This document shows, piece by piece, positions 29,055 through 38,354 of a stretch of DNA of 64,000 nucleotides. The stretch comes from an uncultured bacterium. Lineage in GTDB: Bacteria > Verrucomicrobiota > Verrucomicrobiia > Limisphaerales > UBA8199. The position numbers and the translations under genes were made by a program. The notes beneath the pieces were generated by a model. That model was not told the DNA's origin, made no database searches, and saw only the letters and a program-made list of their open reading frames with translations. The first letter of the stretch is position 1. Every line of letters starts with the position of its first letter. The stretch spans positions 288,001 to 352,000 of the forward strand of contig CAVVMW010000004.1 of NCBI GenBank assembly GCA_963749495.1, in the 5' to 3' direction.

Positions 29055-29222
29055 GGAGCGGAGGGGGACCGAGGACGGAGGCGCGGAAAAGCAAAAATCA
29101 GAAAGCAGAAAATAGAAATGGGAGCACAGACAACGTACCACTGTCCGCAGAAGCAAGGGCCTACGTGACTAGAGACCACAAGACAACGGGGGACGGAGGA
29201 CGGAAGACGGAGTACGGAGGAG
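29055..29222 (+). repeat. Purine-rich heptamer tract extending into the capD 5' end
   Basis: AAAGCAAAAATCAGAAAGCAGAAAATAGAAATGGGAG and GGACGGAGGACGGAAGACGGAGTACGGAGG. Confidence 0.8.
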
Positions 29223-31297
29223 TCCGTTTGCGTCTAATCATCCGGAGGCTTATCGTTGCCGGGATAGCGGCCTGCGCGCTGGCTGTCTGCCGATGGCTGG
29301 CTTACGAATTCCGTTTCGATTTTGACGTGCCCCTGGATTGCCAGGTGCAATTGAACTGCCATTGGGTTTGGGTCATCCCTTTGCAGTTGGGCTGCCTCCT
29401 CTTGTTTCGCCAGTTCTCCGGAATCTACAAGTACTTCAGCCTGCCTGAGATTCGGCAGCTTGCTTACGCGATGGCTCTTTCCGGTGTGTCGCTCTATGCC
29501 TTGCGTTTCCTGGATGTCGGTTTCTCTCCGCCCAGGGGAGTCATCCTGGTGCAAACCATGATGGGTTTCCTGGCGCTCGGGGCCATGCGGTCGGCTTGGC
29601 GCGAGGTGCACGAGCAATACTTTTCCCGCAAGAATCACTATTGTTGTGGCGAGAGCAAGGTAGCCATTATCGGGGCAGGCGATGTCGGGGCCAGCCTGGT
29701 CCGGGAACTCGGTGCTCGCCCCAATCTTGGCCTGGTGCCGGTGGTCTTCCTGGACGATGACCGCAAGAAATGGGGCTCCAGAATTCATGGTGTGCCGGTG
29801 GTCGGCGCGCCGGAGCAGATCCAGCGCCAAAAGGAGAAGCTGGGCCTGGAACAGGTCGTCATCGCGATGCCCACATGCACGGCGAAACGCCTGGGCGAGG
29901 TTGTCGCCATCCTCCAAAAGGCGCGCTTGAAATATGTGACCGTCCCAAGCATTGATCAGCTCACGTCCGGCAGTGTCAGCGTCAGCCAGTTGCGCCCGGT
30001 GAAAATCGAGGACCTGCTCGGACGCGAATCGATCAATTTGAGGGCGGACCAGATTGCCGGCGTGCTCAAGGATAGGACGGTGATGGTGACCGGCGCCGGC
30101 GGGAGCATTGGGTGCGAACTCTGCCGCCAGGTGGCCGGCTTTGGGCTCCGCTGCTTGCTGCTCGTCGATCAATCGGAAGTGCAGTTGTTTCAGGTCGAGC
30201 AGGAGCTTATCAAACTGGGCCACGGCAGCATCATTGTGCCGGTCATTGCCGATATTCTCGACCAGCCACGGATGCAGGCCGTCATGCGGCAGCATCACCC
30301 GGCGATTATTTTCCATGCGGCCGCCCACAAGCACGTGGGCATGATGGAAATGCAGCCCGGCGAGGCCATCAAGAATAATGTGTTGGGGACGGCGGCCATG
30401 GCCAGGCTGGCGCTCAAGTATGGGGTGGAACGATTTGTCTTGATCTCGACGGATAAGGCGGTCAACCCCACCAGCGTGATGGGCGCCAGCAAACGCCTGG
30501 CCGAGGTCTTCCTCCAGGCCTTTGCCCGGGAGCATGAGGGCAAAACCAAGTTTGTGGCGGTGCGGTTTGGCAATGTGCTCGGTTCGTCCGGCAGCGTGGT
30601 CCCGATCTTCGAGCGCCAGATAGCCGAAGGCGGCCCGATCACCGTGACGCATCCGGAAGTGGTTCGCTATTTCATGACTATTCCCGAGGCCGTGGGTTTG
30701 GTCTTGCAGAGCTGCGCACAGGGCGAGGGCGGGGAGATCTTTGTCCTGGACATGGGCAAGCCGGTCCGGATCGTCGAGCTGGCCCGCCAGATGGTGAGGC
30801 TCTCCGGCTTGCAGCCCGACCGCGACATCGAGATCAAGTTCATCGGGCTCAGGCCCGGCGAAAAGCTCTGTGAAGAGCTAAAGCATTTGCAGGCCAACTG
30901 CGCGGACACCGCCCACCCCCGCATTAAGCGGCTCACGAGCCCGCCGGCGCGGCTGGAGGAGGTGCGAGCGGCGTTGTACGGGTTCAATGGGGCGCTGTAC
31001 TCGGCGTCGCCCGATGAACTTAAACGGATACTGAAGAGGATCCTGCCCGAATACGTGCCGTGTCTCACTTCCGGCGACGGAAGCGACGGCGCTGCCGAAC
31101 CGGCAGGACATGCACCAACTGCGGCGGCAGGCTTCCGTCCTCGTGCGATTCCCACCGGCAAACCTGGCGCCGATCCAGGATTGGTGCGGACCCGGCCCAA
31201 ACCGAATTTCGTCCCTTCTTCGTTGGAGGTGGTCGTCGCGGCCGATGCCGACCCAACCGCACTCCGTCTTCGAGTGCAAACCGAACGCAAAAGTTGA
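29165..31297 (+). CDS. Membrane-anchored nucleoside-diphosphate-sugar 4,6-dehydratase (CapD/PglF/WbpM family)
   Basis: IIGAGDVG, IEDLLGR, VTGAGGSIG, FHAAAHKHV, STDKAVNPTSVMGASKR, VRFGNVLGSSGSV, GLRPGEKL. Confidence 0.95.
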   Translation: MTRDHKTTGDGGRKTEYGGVRLRLIIRRLIVAGIAACALAVCRWLAYEFRFDFDVPLDCQVQLNCHWVWVIPLQLGCLLLFRQFSGIYKYFSLPEIRQLAYAMALSGVSLYALRFLDVGFSPPRGVILVQTMMGFLALGAMRSAWREVHEQYFSRKNHYCCGESKVAIIGAGDVGASLVRELGARPNLGLVPVVFLDDDRKKWGSRIHGVPVVGAPEQIQRQKEKLGLEQVVIAMPTCTAKRLGEVVAILQKARLKYVTVPSIDQLTSGSVSVSQLRPVKIEDLLGRESINLRADQIAGVLKDRTVMVTGAGGSIGCELCRQVAGFGLRCLLLVDQSEVQLFQVEQELIKLGHGSIIVPVIADILDQPRMQAVMRQHHPAIIFHAAAHKHVGMMEMQPGEAIKNNVLGTAAMARLALKYGVERFVLISTDKAVNPTSVMGASKRLAEVFLQAFAREHEGKTKFVAVRFGNVLGSSGSVVPIFERQIAEGGPITVTHPEVVRYFMTIPEAVGLVLQSCAQGEGGEIFVLDMGKPVRIVELARQMVRLSGLQPDRDIEIKFIGLRPGEKLCEELKHLQANCADTAHPRIKRLTSPPARLEEVRAALYGFNGALYSASPDELKRILKRILPEYVPCLTSGDGSDGAAEPAGHAPTAAAGFRPRAIPTGKPGADPGLVRTRPKPNFVPSSLEVVVAADADPTALRLRVQTERKS

Positions 31298-31389
31298 CCG
31301 CGGCACGAACCGGGCAATTCCACATCTCCACCCGAATCAGCTAAAACCCGTTTTCCGGAAACCGACAACAATCCTAACGCAACCCAGGC

Positions 31390-31422
31390 GGCCCATCTGT
31401 GCGGGTGGGCCTTTTTCTTTTT
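31390..31422 (+). terminator. Intrinsic terminator ending the EPS operon
   Basis: GGCCCATC-TGTGCG-GGTGGGCC hairpin followed by TTTTTCTTTTT. Confidence 0.75.
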
Positions 31423-31524
31423 CGCCAGGTGGCCCTCTCTCCCAGAGGGCCATTTTCATTTCTGCGTAAGCGGCTGATTGGACTGCGTGACAACAGAAGG
31501 AAGCGGAGGTAACGAAGGGGTTTT

Positions 31525-31592
31525 AGGGAAAAGTTGAAATATGAAATCTGGGAAACTGAAATAAACTGCGGCTTTCAGCGTTCAGCGCTTCC
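31525..31592. repeat. Degenerate purine/pyrimidine heptamer hairpin
   Basis: AAAGTTGAAATATGAAATCTGGGAAACTGAAA...CTTTCAGCGTTCAGC. Confidence 0.5.
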
Positions 31593-31630
31593 GCTCACCC
31601 ACCAGACCCAAATGTGGGTGTCGAGGACGA

Positions 31631-31834
31631 TCATTTCGCCGCTTCCCAGTCTTCTGCGGCAACAGGCGCAAGCGGCTGCTCATATTTCAATACAGACCCC
31701 TTGAGTGGTTGCTCTGTGACGGGCGTGGCGGATGAAACAAAGACATGAACCGCCTCTCCTTCGGAAAACGGCACATGGTCCAAGTGAAGCTTGCCATCCT
31801 TTTCAACCACAATTTCCGCATGGAACGTTTGCAC
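31631..31834 (-). CDS. Small antitoxin-like hypothetical protein
   Basis: GTG start, (M)QTFHAEIVVEKDGKLHLDHVPFSEGEAVHVFV...EDWEAAK; TTGTCG-N17-TACGCT upstream. Confidence 0.6.
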   Translation of the reverse strand: MQTFHAEIVVEKDGKLHLDHVPFSEGEAVHVFVSSATPVTEQPLKGSVLKYEQPLAPVAAEDWEAAK

Positions 31835-32070
31835 AACGAAAAGAGCGTACCCCACATTCTCCGGTTCGACAAGCGCGGAATAGGCGGTCTGGAGCAGCCT
31901 CGTGAATGCGGGGGAGAAAGCGATTGATTGGGGGCCGTGACGGGGCAATCAATCGCCGTGGGGCCGCGCGGACCCTGAGAGCGCAGTGGTCCAGTAGTCA
32001 GTGGTCCGTGGTCAGCAATCCGTAATCAGGCCGGTCGTGCCAGGCGCTGGCAGGTGACCTCAAACCGTCT

Positions 32071-32156
32071 ATGCCGTTTCCATTGGCTCATCCGGCGGCG
32101 GTCCTGCCGTTGTGGCGTTTTTGCCCACGGCGCTTGAGTCTTCCTGCGCTTATAAG
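32071..32156 (+). pseudogene. DUF4184-like N-terminal remnant
   Basis: MPFPLAHPAAVLPLWR...LSLPALI resembles the MPFTxAHPAAVLPL N-terminus; the rest is absent. Confidence 0.5.
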
Positions 32157-32242
32157 GCGCGGCGGTGGAACGAAGTTATCAGACGCAAGAATGTTCTCGC
32201 AGCCCTGGAATGTCGCCAATCAGGAGGATGTACTGCCCCCTG

Positions 32243-34099
32243 CTACTCCACCGTGACGCTTTTGGCGAGGTTGCGCGGTTTGTCGACGTCGCAGCCGCGG
32301 AGGACGGCGATGTGGTAGGCCAGGAGTTGGAGGGGCACGACGGTGAGCAGGGGCTGGAGGCAGTCGAGGGTGGGGGGGACGTAGAGGACGTTGTCGGCTC
32401 TATTGGCAATTTCAGGGTCGCCTTGGGTGGCGACGGCGATGACGGGGCCGTTGCGGGCTTTGATTTCCTCGATGTTGCTCATGTTCTTGTCGAACATGGC
32501 GTCGCGCGGGACGACGAAGACGCTGGGGAAATCGGGGCAGATCAAAGCGATGGGGCCGTGTTTCATCTCGGCGGAGGGGTAGCCATCGGCGTGGATGTAA
32601 GAGATTTCCTTGAGTTTGAGCGCGCCTTCCAGGGCAATGGGGAAATTGAATTGGCGGCCCATGTAGAGGAATTGCCTGGCCTGGGCGTATTTTTGGGCGA
32701 CGGCGAGGATGGCGGGGTCGGAGGCCAGGACCCGGCGGAGTTTGGCGGGGATGGCGTTGAGTTCGCGGGCGAGCTTGCGGGCCCGTGCCGCGGAGAGGCA
32801 GCCGCGGCGGCGTCCCAGAGCCATGCCCAGGAGGGCCAGCCAGAGGACCTGCATGACGAAGGCCTTGGTGGAGGCGACGCCGATTTCGGGGCCGGCGCGC
32901 ATCTGGAGGGTGGCATCGGACTCGCGGGCGAGGGTCGAGCCGGGGACGTTGACCAGGGCCAGGGTGCGGGCGCCCTGGGCGCGGGCGCCACGGACGGCGG
33001 CCAAGGTGTCGGCCGTCTCGCCCGATTGGGAGATGGAGACCACGAGTGTATGGGGCTCCATCGGGCGGTCGCGGTAGCGCATCTCGCTGGCGCATTCGAC
33101 CTCGACGGGGAGCCCGCAGAGGGTCTCGATAATGTATTCGCCGGCCAGCGCGGCGTGCCAACTGGTGCCGCAGGCGACCAGGAGCAGGCGGCGAACCCAG
33201 CCTAACTGGCGCGGGCCCAGGGCCTCTTCGAACTGGACAGCGCCGGCCCCGGGCCGCAGGACGCGGGGCAGGACCTCGGCGACGCGCTCGGGCTGCTCGT
33301 GGATTTCCTTGAGCATGTAATGGGGGAAATCGCCCCGCTCCGCCGCCTCGGCGGCCCAATCGACGGTGCCGATGTGGCGGCGGACGGGTTTGCCGCCGGC
33401 GCTGACCTGGACTTCGAGGGGGCTGACCACGGCAATGTCGCCGTCCTGGAGGTAGATGACCTTGCGCGTGTGGGCGATGATGGGGGAGACGTCGCTGGCG
33501 AGGAAGTTTTCGTCCTGGCCAAGGCCAACGACGAGCGGGGAGCCGCGCCGGGCGCCGATGATATGGCCGGGCAGCGCGGCATGGACGATGGCGATGGCGT
33601 AGGAGCCGGCGGCCTCACGGGTGGCGGCGAGCACGGCATCGGCCACGAGCGCGGGGGTCAGCGGTTTGCCTCGGGCCAGGCGCTGGTCCAGGTGGTGGCC
33701 GACGAGGTGGGCGAGGACCTCGGTGTCGGTTTGGGAGAGGAACTTGTGATTGTCTTTGAGGAGTTTGCGGCGGAGGGCGGCGTAGTTCTCGATGATGCCG
33801 TTATGGACCAGGGCGAGGTTGCCGGAGCGATCCAGGTGGGGGTGGGCGTTGGCATCGCTGGGCAGGCCGTGCGTGGCCCAACGGGTGTGGCTGATGCCCA
33901 GGCAACCGTGCGCCGGCTGCCGGAGGACCAACTCGGCCAGGCGCGAGACCCGGCCCACGCATTTGCGCACCTCCAGCGCCCCGCCCGAGAGGGTGCAAAG
34001 CCCCGCCGAGTCGTAGCCCCGATATTCCAGACGCCTCAGCCCCTCAATCAGGAGCGGCGTGGCCGTCTGTTTGCCGATGTATCCCACGATGCCGCACAT
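32243..34099 (-). CDS. glmS: Glutamine-fructose-6-phosphate aminotransferase
   Basis: MCGIVG, EYRGYDSAG, HTRWATHG, SQSGETADT, DKPRNLAKSVTVE. Confidence 0.98.
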   Translation of the reverse strand: MCGIVGYIGKQTATPLLIEGLRRLEYRGYDSAGLCTLSGGALEVRKCVGRVSRLAELVLRQPAHGCLGISHTRWATHGLPSDANAHPHLDRSGNLALVHNGIIENYAALRRKLLKDNHKFLSQTDTEVLAHLVGHHLDQRLARGKPLTPALVADAVLAATREAAGSYAIAIVHAALPGHIIGARRGSPLVVGLGQDENFLASDVSPIIAHTRKVIYLQDGDIAVVSPLEVQVSAGGKPVRRHIGTVDWAAEAAERGDFPHYMLKEIHEQPERVAEVLPRVLRPGAGAVQFEEALGPRQLGWVRRLLLVACGTSWHAALAGEYIIETLCGLPVEVECASEMRYRDRPMEPHTLVVSISQSGETADTLAAVRGARAQGARTLALVNVPGSTLARESDATLQMRAGPEIGVASTKAFVMQVLWLALLGMALGRRRGCLSAARARKLARELNAIPAKLRRVLASDPAILAVAQKYAQARQFLYMGRQFNFPIALEGALKLKEISYIHADGYPSAEMKHGPIALICPDFPSVFVVPRDAMFDKNMSNIEEIKARNGPVIAVATQGDPEIANRADNVLYVPPTLDCLQPLLTVVPLQLLAYHIAVLRGCDVDKPRNLAKSVTVE

Positions 34100-34139
34100 T
34101 GGCCGAGAGTAATTGGTCGGTTGTCATTGCTCCAGCACA

Positions 34140-34721
34140 TCATCCTTGTGATGGCCGATGGCCTGGCAATGTAGAGCCTGAGTCGCGAAAAATCCAGTCG
34201 GCGGCCGCGGCCAGGTCGTCAACAATGGCGGCGGCTCCGAGCTTTTCGGGGCAGAGGCGTTCGAGTTCGGCGCCGTAGCCGGTGCGGACCAGGAGGCATT
34301 TTCTGAGGCCCCCGTTCCAGCCGCATTCCAGGTCGATGAGCTTGTCGCCGATCATATAGCTGGCCGCCAGGTCTAGGCCAAATTCGTCACGGGCGTCCAG
34401 GAGGAACTGCGGGGAAGGTTTGCGCCCGCGGCTTGGCTGGTCGGGCGCCTCGGGGGCGATGTAGATCTTGTCCAGGCGCACACCCGCCAACTCGCCGCCC
34501 AGATGCCGGTGGACCCGCTCGACATCGTCCAGAGTGAAATAACCGCGCCCGACTCCGGACTGGTTCGAGACGAGGATGAGTTTGAACCCGGCGTCCTGGA
34601 GGCGCTTGAGGGCGGCCGGGACGCCCTCGTAAATGACGACCTGCTCGGGACGGCTGAGGTAGTTCTTCTCCTCAATCAGCGTCCCGTCGCGGTCCAGAAA
34701 GACAGCTCGCTGTGGATTCAA
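34140..34721 (-). CDS. gmhB: D-glycero-D-manno-heptose-1,7-bisphosphate phosphatase-like HAD IIIA hydrolase
   Basis: AVFLDRDGTL, SNQSGVGRG, RKPSP, MIGDKLIDL, VRTGYG. Confidence 0.9.
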   Translation of the reverse strand: MNPQRAVFLDRDGTLIEEKNYLSRPEQVVIYEGVPAALKRLQDAGFKLILVSNQSGVGRGYFTLDDVERVHRHLGGELAGVRLDKIYIAPEAPDQPSRGRKPSPQFLLDARDEFGLDLAASYMIGDKLIDLECGWNGGLRKCLLVRTGYGAELERLCPEKLGAAAIVDDLAAAADWIFRDSGSTLPGHRPSQG

Positions 34722-34804
34722 GGCGCCAGGATGGTGCGGGAAAAGGGCGCTCTGGGAAAGGGGAATCGGTTGACTTTGCGCCGGCAGAATGTTTGTTGTT
34801 GGAA

Positions 34805-36001
34805 ATGATGGAAATGGAACTGTTGCTGTCTGGGAGGGCCTCGCGCGGGGGCCGGCGCTGGGTCTGGCGGGGCGGCAGCGGCGGGCGCCGGGCGCTGGCA
34901 GGGCTTTGGCTTTGCCTTGCGGGGGCCGGGGCGGCTTCTGGCGCGGATTGGCCGATGTTCCGGGGCGGACCGTCGCTCGTGGGCGTGGCGGCAGGCAGCC
35001 TGCGCGCGCCGATGGAACTCCGCTGGTCGTTCAAGACCGAGGGTCCGGTCAAGTCCTCCGCGGCGCTGGTCCAGGACCGCGTGTATGTCGGCTCGGATGA
35101 CGGCAATGTCTATGCCCTGGGCCTGGGGGACGGCCGCAAGGCCTGGGCGTTCAAGACGGGCGGGGAGGTGGAATCTTCCCCGTTGGCGCTCGAGGGCCGG
35201 GTCTATGTGGGCTCGAGCGACAACTTCCTCTACGCCCTGAACGCCGCCGACGGCAAGCCGGTGTGGAAGTGCGAGACCGGCGACAAGATCCTCGGCGGAC
35301 CCAACTGGGTGAAGTCGGGCAGCGCGACTCTCATCCTGGTGGGGAGCTACGATTTCAAATTGCACGCCGTCGAGGCTGCGAGCGGCAAGGCGGCCTGGAC
35401 TTGCGAGACCGGCAATTACATCAACGGCTCGCCGGGCGTGGCCGACGGCCAGGCGGTCTTCGGCGGGTGCGACGGTCTGCTGCACGTGATCGGGCTGGCC
35501 GATGGCAAACAGTTGAAAGAGGTTGAGGCCGCGCGTACATTGCCGGGTCGGCGGCCCTGACGGGCGGGCGCGCCTACTTCGGCCAGTTCGAGAACGAGTT
35601 CCTCTGCGTGGATGTCAAGGAGGGCCGGAAGGTCTGGGCCTTTCACGACCGCAATTTCCCGTATTACTCCTCGCCCGCGGTCACGGCGGACCGCGTTGTG
35701 TTCGGCGGGCGCGACAAATTGCTGCACTGCGTGAAACGGGAGGACGGCTCGAGTGCTCTGGAGTTTTCCCACGCGCGGCAAGGTGGACAGCTCGCCGGTG
35801 GTCTGCGGAGACAAGGTGGTCGTGGGCTCGGACGACGGCCGCCTCTACCTGGTGTCGCTCGACAAGGGCCAGCAGGTGTGGATGTATGAAGTCGGCCAAC
35901 CCATCGAGAGTTCGCCGGCCGTGGCGGATGGCAAAGTGGTTGTCGGCAGCGACGATGGGAGCCTCTATTGTTTTGGGGAAAAGGGAGCGGGCCTCAGGTG
36001 A
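34805..36001 (+). CDS. PQQ-binding-like beta-propeller protein; frameshifts near 35531 and 35752
   Basis: Signal peptide, DWPMFRGG, repeated W.F.T.G.V.SSP...VYVGS.D..LY units across three frames. Confidence 0.85.
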
Positions 36002-36053
36002 CTGATCGATGCCTCTTGACCGGGGAACGGGTAATGCGCTGTCAAATCCGAGC

Positions 36054-37394
36054 ATGCACCTGATCCAGCTCACCCCCGGGGCCGGGCCGATGTATTGCGG
36101 CAATTGCCTGCGCGACAACGGGCTGGTGGCGGCCTTGCGCCAGATGGGGCACCAGGCGCTCCTGGCGCCGCTGTATCTGCCGCTGACGCTGGATGAGGCC
36201 GACCAGAGCGGCGGGACGCCGATTCTCATGGGCGGCATCAGCGTTTATCTGGCGCAGAAGCTGCCCTTTTTTCGGGCCGCGCCCGCCTGGGTGCGGCGCG
36301 CGCTGGCGGGGCCGCGGCTGCTGCGATGGGCGGCCGGGCGCGCCGCCAGGACGCGCGCCGAGGACCTGGGCGAGCTGACGCTCTCGATGCTGCGCGGGGA
36401 GGCGGGACGCCAGGCGCGGGAACTCGATGACCTCACCGCCTGGCTCAAGACGCAGCCCAAACCGGACGCCATCTGCCTGTCCAACGCGCTGCTCATCGGC
36501 CTGGCCCGCCGGCTGAAATCCGAACTGGCCGCGCCGGTGCTCTGCATGCTGCAGGGAGAAGACAGCTTCCTGGACCAGTTGCCCGAGCCGGCCCGGTCCG
36601 CGTGCTGGCAGACGCTCTCGCAACGCGCCGCCGATGCCGATTTGCTCGTCGCGCCCAGTCGGTATTTTGCCGAGACGATGTGCCGGCGCCTGGGCCTGCC
36701 CGCCGCGCGGGTCCGGGTGGTCTATAACGGAATCGGTTTGGACGGATACGGAGCGGAGAAAATCGGAGATGCGCGGGGCTTGGCGCCGGGTGCTGGAGAG
36801 GGCCCAGGCGGCTCGGTGCCCGGGGCGGCCCCGGTGCTGGGTTTCTTCGCCCGGATGTGCCGCGAAAAGGGGCTCGACCTTCTGGTCGAGGCCTATCTCC
36901 TGCTGCGGCAGCGCGGGCGCCTGAAGGACCTCAAGCTGCGGGTCGGCGGCAGTTACGGTCCGGGGCAAGCGCCCCTGGTTGGCTCCTTGAAGGCCCGCCT
37001 GCGCGCGGCGGGTGTGGCGGGCGACGTCGAGTTTTGCCCGAACCTGAGCCACGGGCAGAAGTGCGATTTTTTGCGCTCCCTGTCGGTCTTCTCCGTGCCG
37101 GCCCGGTATGGGGAGGCCTTCGGGCTGTATGTGCTGGAGGCCATGGCGGCCGGGGTGCCGGTGGTGCAACCGCGCAGCGGCGCCTTTCCCGAGTTGGTTG
37201 CAGCGACCGGGGGCGGAGTGCTCTGCGAGCCGGGCGATCCCTCCAGCTTGGCGCAAGCCATCGAGTCGTTGCTCCTGGCGCCCGCGGAGGCGCGCACCCT
37301 GGGCCGGCGCGGCCGCCAGGCCGTGTTCGAAAAGTTCAGCGCCAGAGCAATGGCCCAGGGAATGATCGAGGCGGTTGAAGGCATGAAGCGTTGA
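36054..37394 (+). CDS. GT4 glycosyltransferase
   Basis: GAGPMYCGNCLRDN, VVYNGI, EKGLDLL, EAFGLYVLEAMAAGVPVVQP. Confidence 0.9.
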   Translation: MHLIQLTPGAGPMYCGNCLRDNGLVAALRQMGHQALLAPLYLPLTLDEADQSGGTPILMGGISVYLAQKLPFFRAAPAWVRRALAGPRLLRWAAGRAARTRAEDLGELTLSMLRGEAGRQARELDDLTAWLKTQPKPDAICLSNALLIGLARRLKSELAAPVLCMLQGEDSFLDQLPEPARSACWQTLSQRAADADLLVAPSRYFAETMCRRLGLPAARVRVVYNGIGLDGYGAEKIGDARGLAPGAGEGPGGSVPGAAPVLGFFARMCREKGLDLLVEAYLLLRQRGRLKDLKLRVGGSYGPGQAPLVGSLKARLRAAGVAGDVEFCPNLSHGQKCDFLRSLSVFSVPARYGEAFGLYVLEAMAAGVPVVQPRSGAFPELVAATGGGVLCEPGDPSSLAQAIESLLLAPAEARTLGRRGRQAVFEKFSARAMAQGMIEAVEGMKR

Positions 37395-37451
37395 GCCAAG
37401 TGCGTGTGCCCTCTTGACACAAGGCGCCAATGCGGTAGCCTCGCGAGCATT

Positions 37452-38300
37452 ATGAGATTCGGGATCAATACCTTCCTTTTCACGTCTCCCTTTACCAACG
37501 ACAGCACCCAGCTCTTCAAGCAATTCAAGAAATGGGGCTTCGAAACCGTCGAGATTCCCATCGAGGATCCCTCGCACATTGACCCGGCCTACGTGAAGGG
37601 CCGGCTCGACCAGCTGGGCCTGGTCTGCGGTTCGGTCTGCGCTTGCCTGGGGCTGGACCGGGACCTGCGGGGCACGCCCGAGGTCCAGCAGAATTGCCTG
37701 GATTACCTGGCCAAGGTGTTCGACCAGATGGTCGCGCTGGATTGCCCATCGCTCATCGGGCCGGTCTATTCGGCGGTGGGCCGCGCGGAGGCCGTGCCCC
37801 CGGCTGAGTACAAACGCCAATGGAAGACCGTGGTGAAAAACCTCAAGAAGGTCTGCAAGATGGCCGAGGCCCGCGGCAAACAGGTCTGCATGGAACCTCT
37901 CAACCGCTTCGAGAGCGATTTCATCAATACCTGCGACCAGGCGAAGCGGATGATCCACGATGTCGGCAGCCCCGCCCTCAAACTGCACCTGGACACCTTC
38001 CACATGAACATCGAGGAGAAATGCCAGGCGGCGGCCATCCGCAAGGCGGGCAAGCTGCTGGCCCATTTCCATGCCTGCGGCAGCGACCGCGGCACGCCGG
38101 GCGGCGACAGCATCGATTGGCCCGGCATCGCCGCCGCCCTCCACGCCGTCAAGTACCAGGGCGACGTGGTCATCGAGTCGTTTACGTCTGATGTCAAAGT
38201 CATCGCCCGGGCGGCCGCCATCTGGCGCCGCATCGAACCGACGCGGGATGAGATAGCCGTCAAGGGTCTCAAATTCCTGCGCAAGGCGCTGGCAAACTGA
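37452..38300 (+). CDS. Sugar-phosphate isomerase/epimerase (D-tagatose/psicose 3-epimerase-like)
   Basis: MEPLNRFE, LDTFHMNIEE, HFHACGSDRGTPG, VIESF. Confidence 0.9.
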   Translation: MRFGINTFLFTSPFTNDSTQLFKQFKKWGFETVEIPIEDPSHIDPAYVKGRLDQLGLVCGSVCACLGLDRDLRGTPEVQQNCLDYLAKVFDQMVALDCPSLIGPVYSAVGRAEAVPPAEYKRQWKTVVKNLKKVCKMAEARGKQVCMEPLNRFESDFINTCDQAKRMIHDVGSPALKLHLDTFHMNIEEKCQAAAIRKAGKLLAHFHACGSDRGTPGGDSIDWPGIAAALHAVKYQGDVVIESFTSDVKVIARAAAIWRRIEPTRDEIAVKGLKFLRKALAN

Positions 38301-38354
38301 GTGGGCGCGCAGGAGCGCCGTTTCGCACAAAACCTCCAACCTAATGTGACGCTT

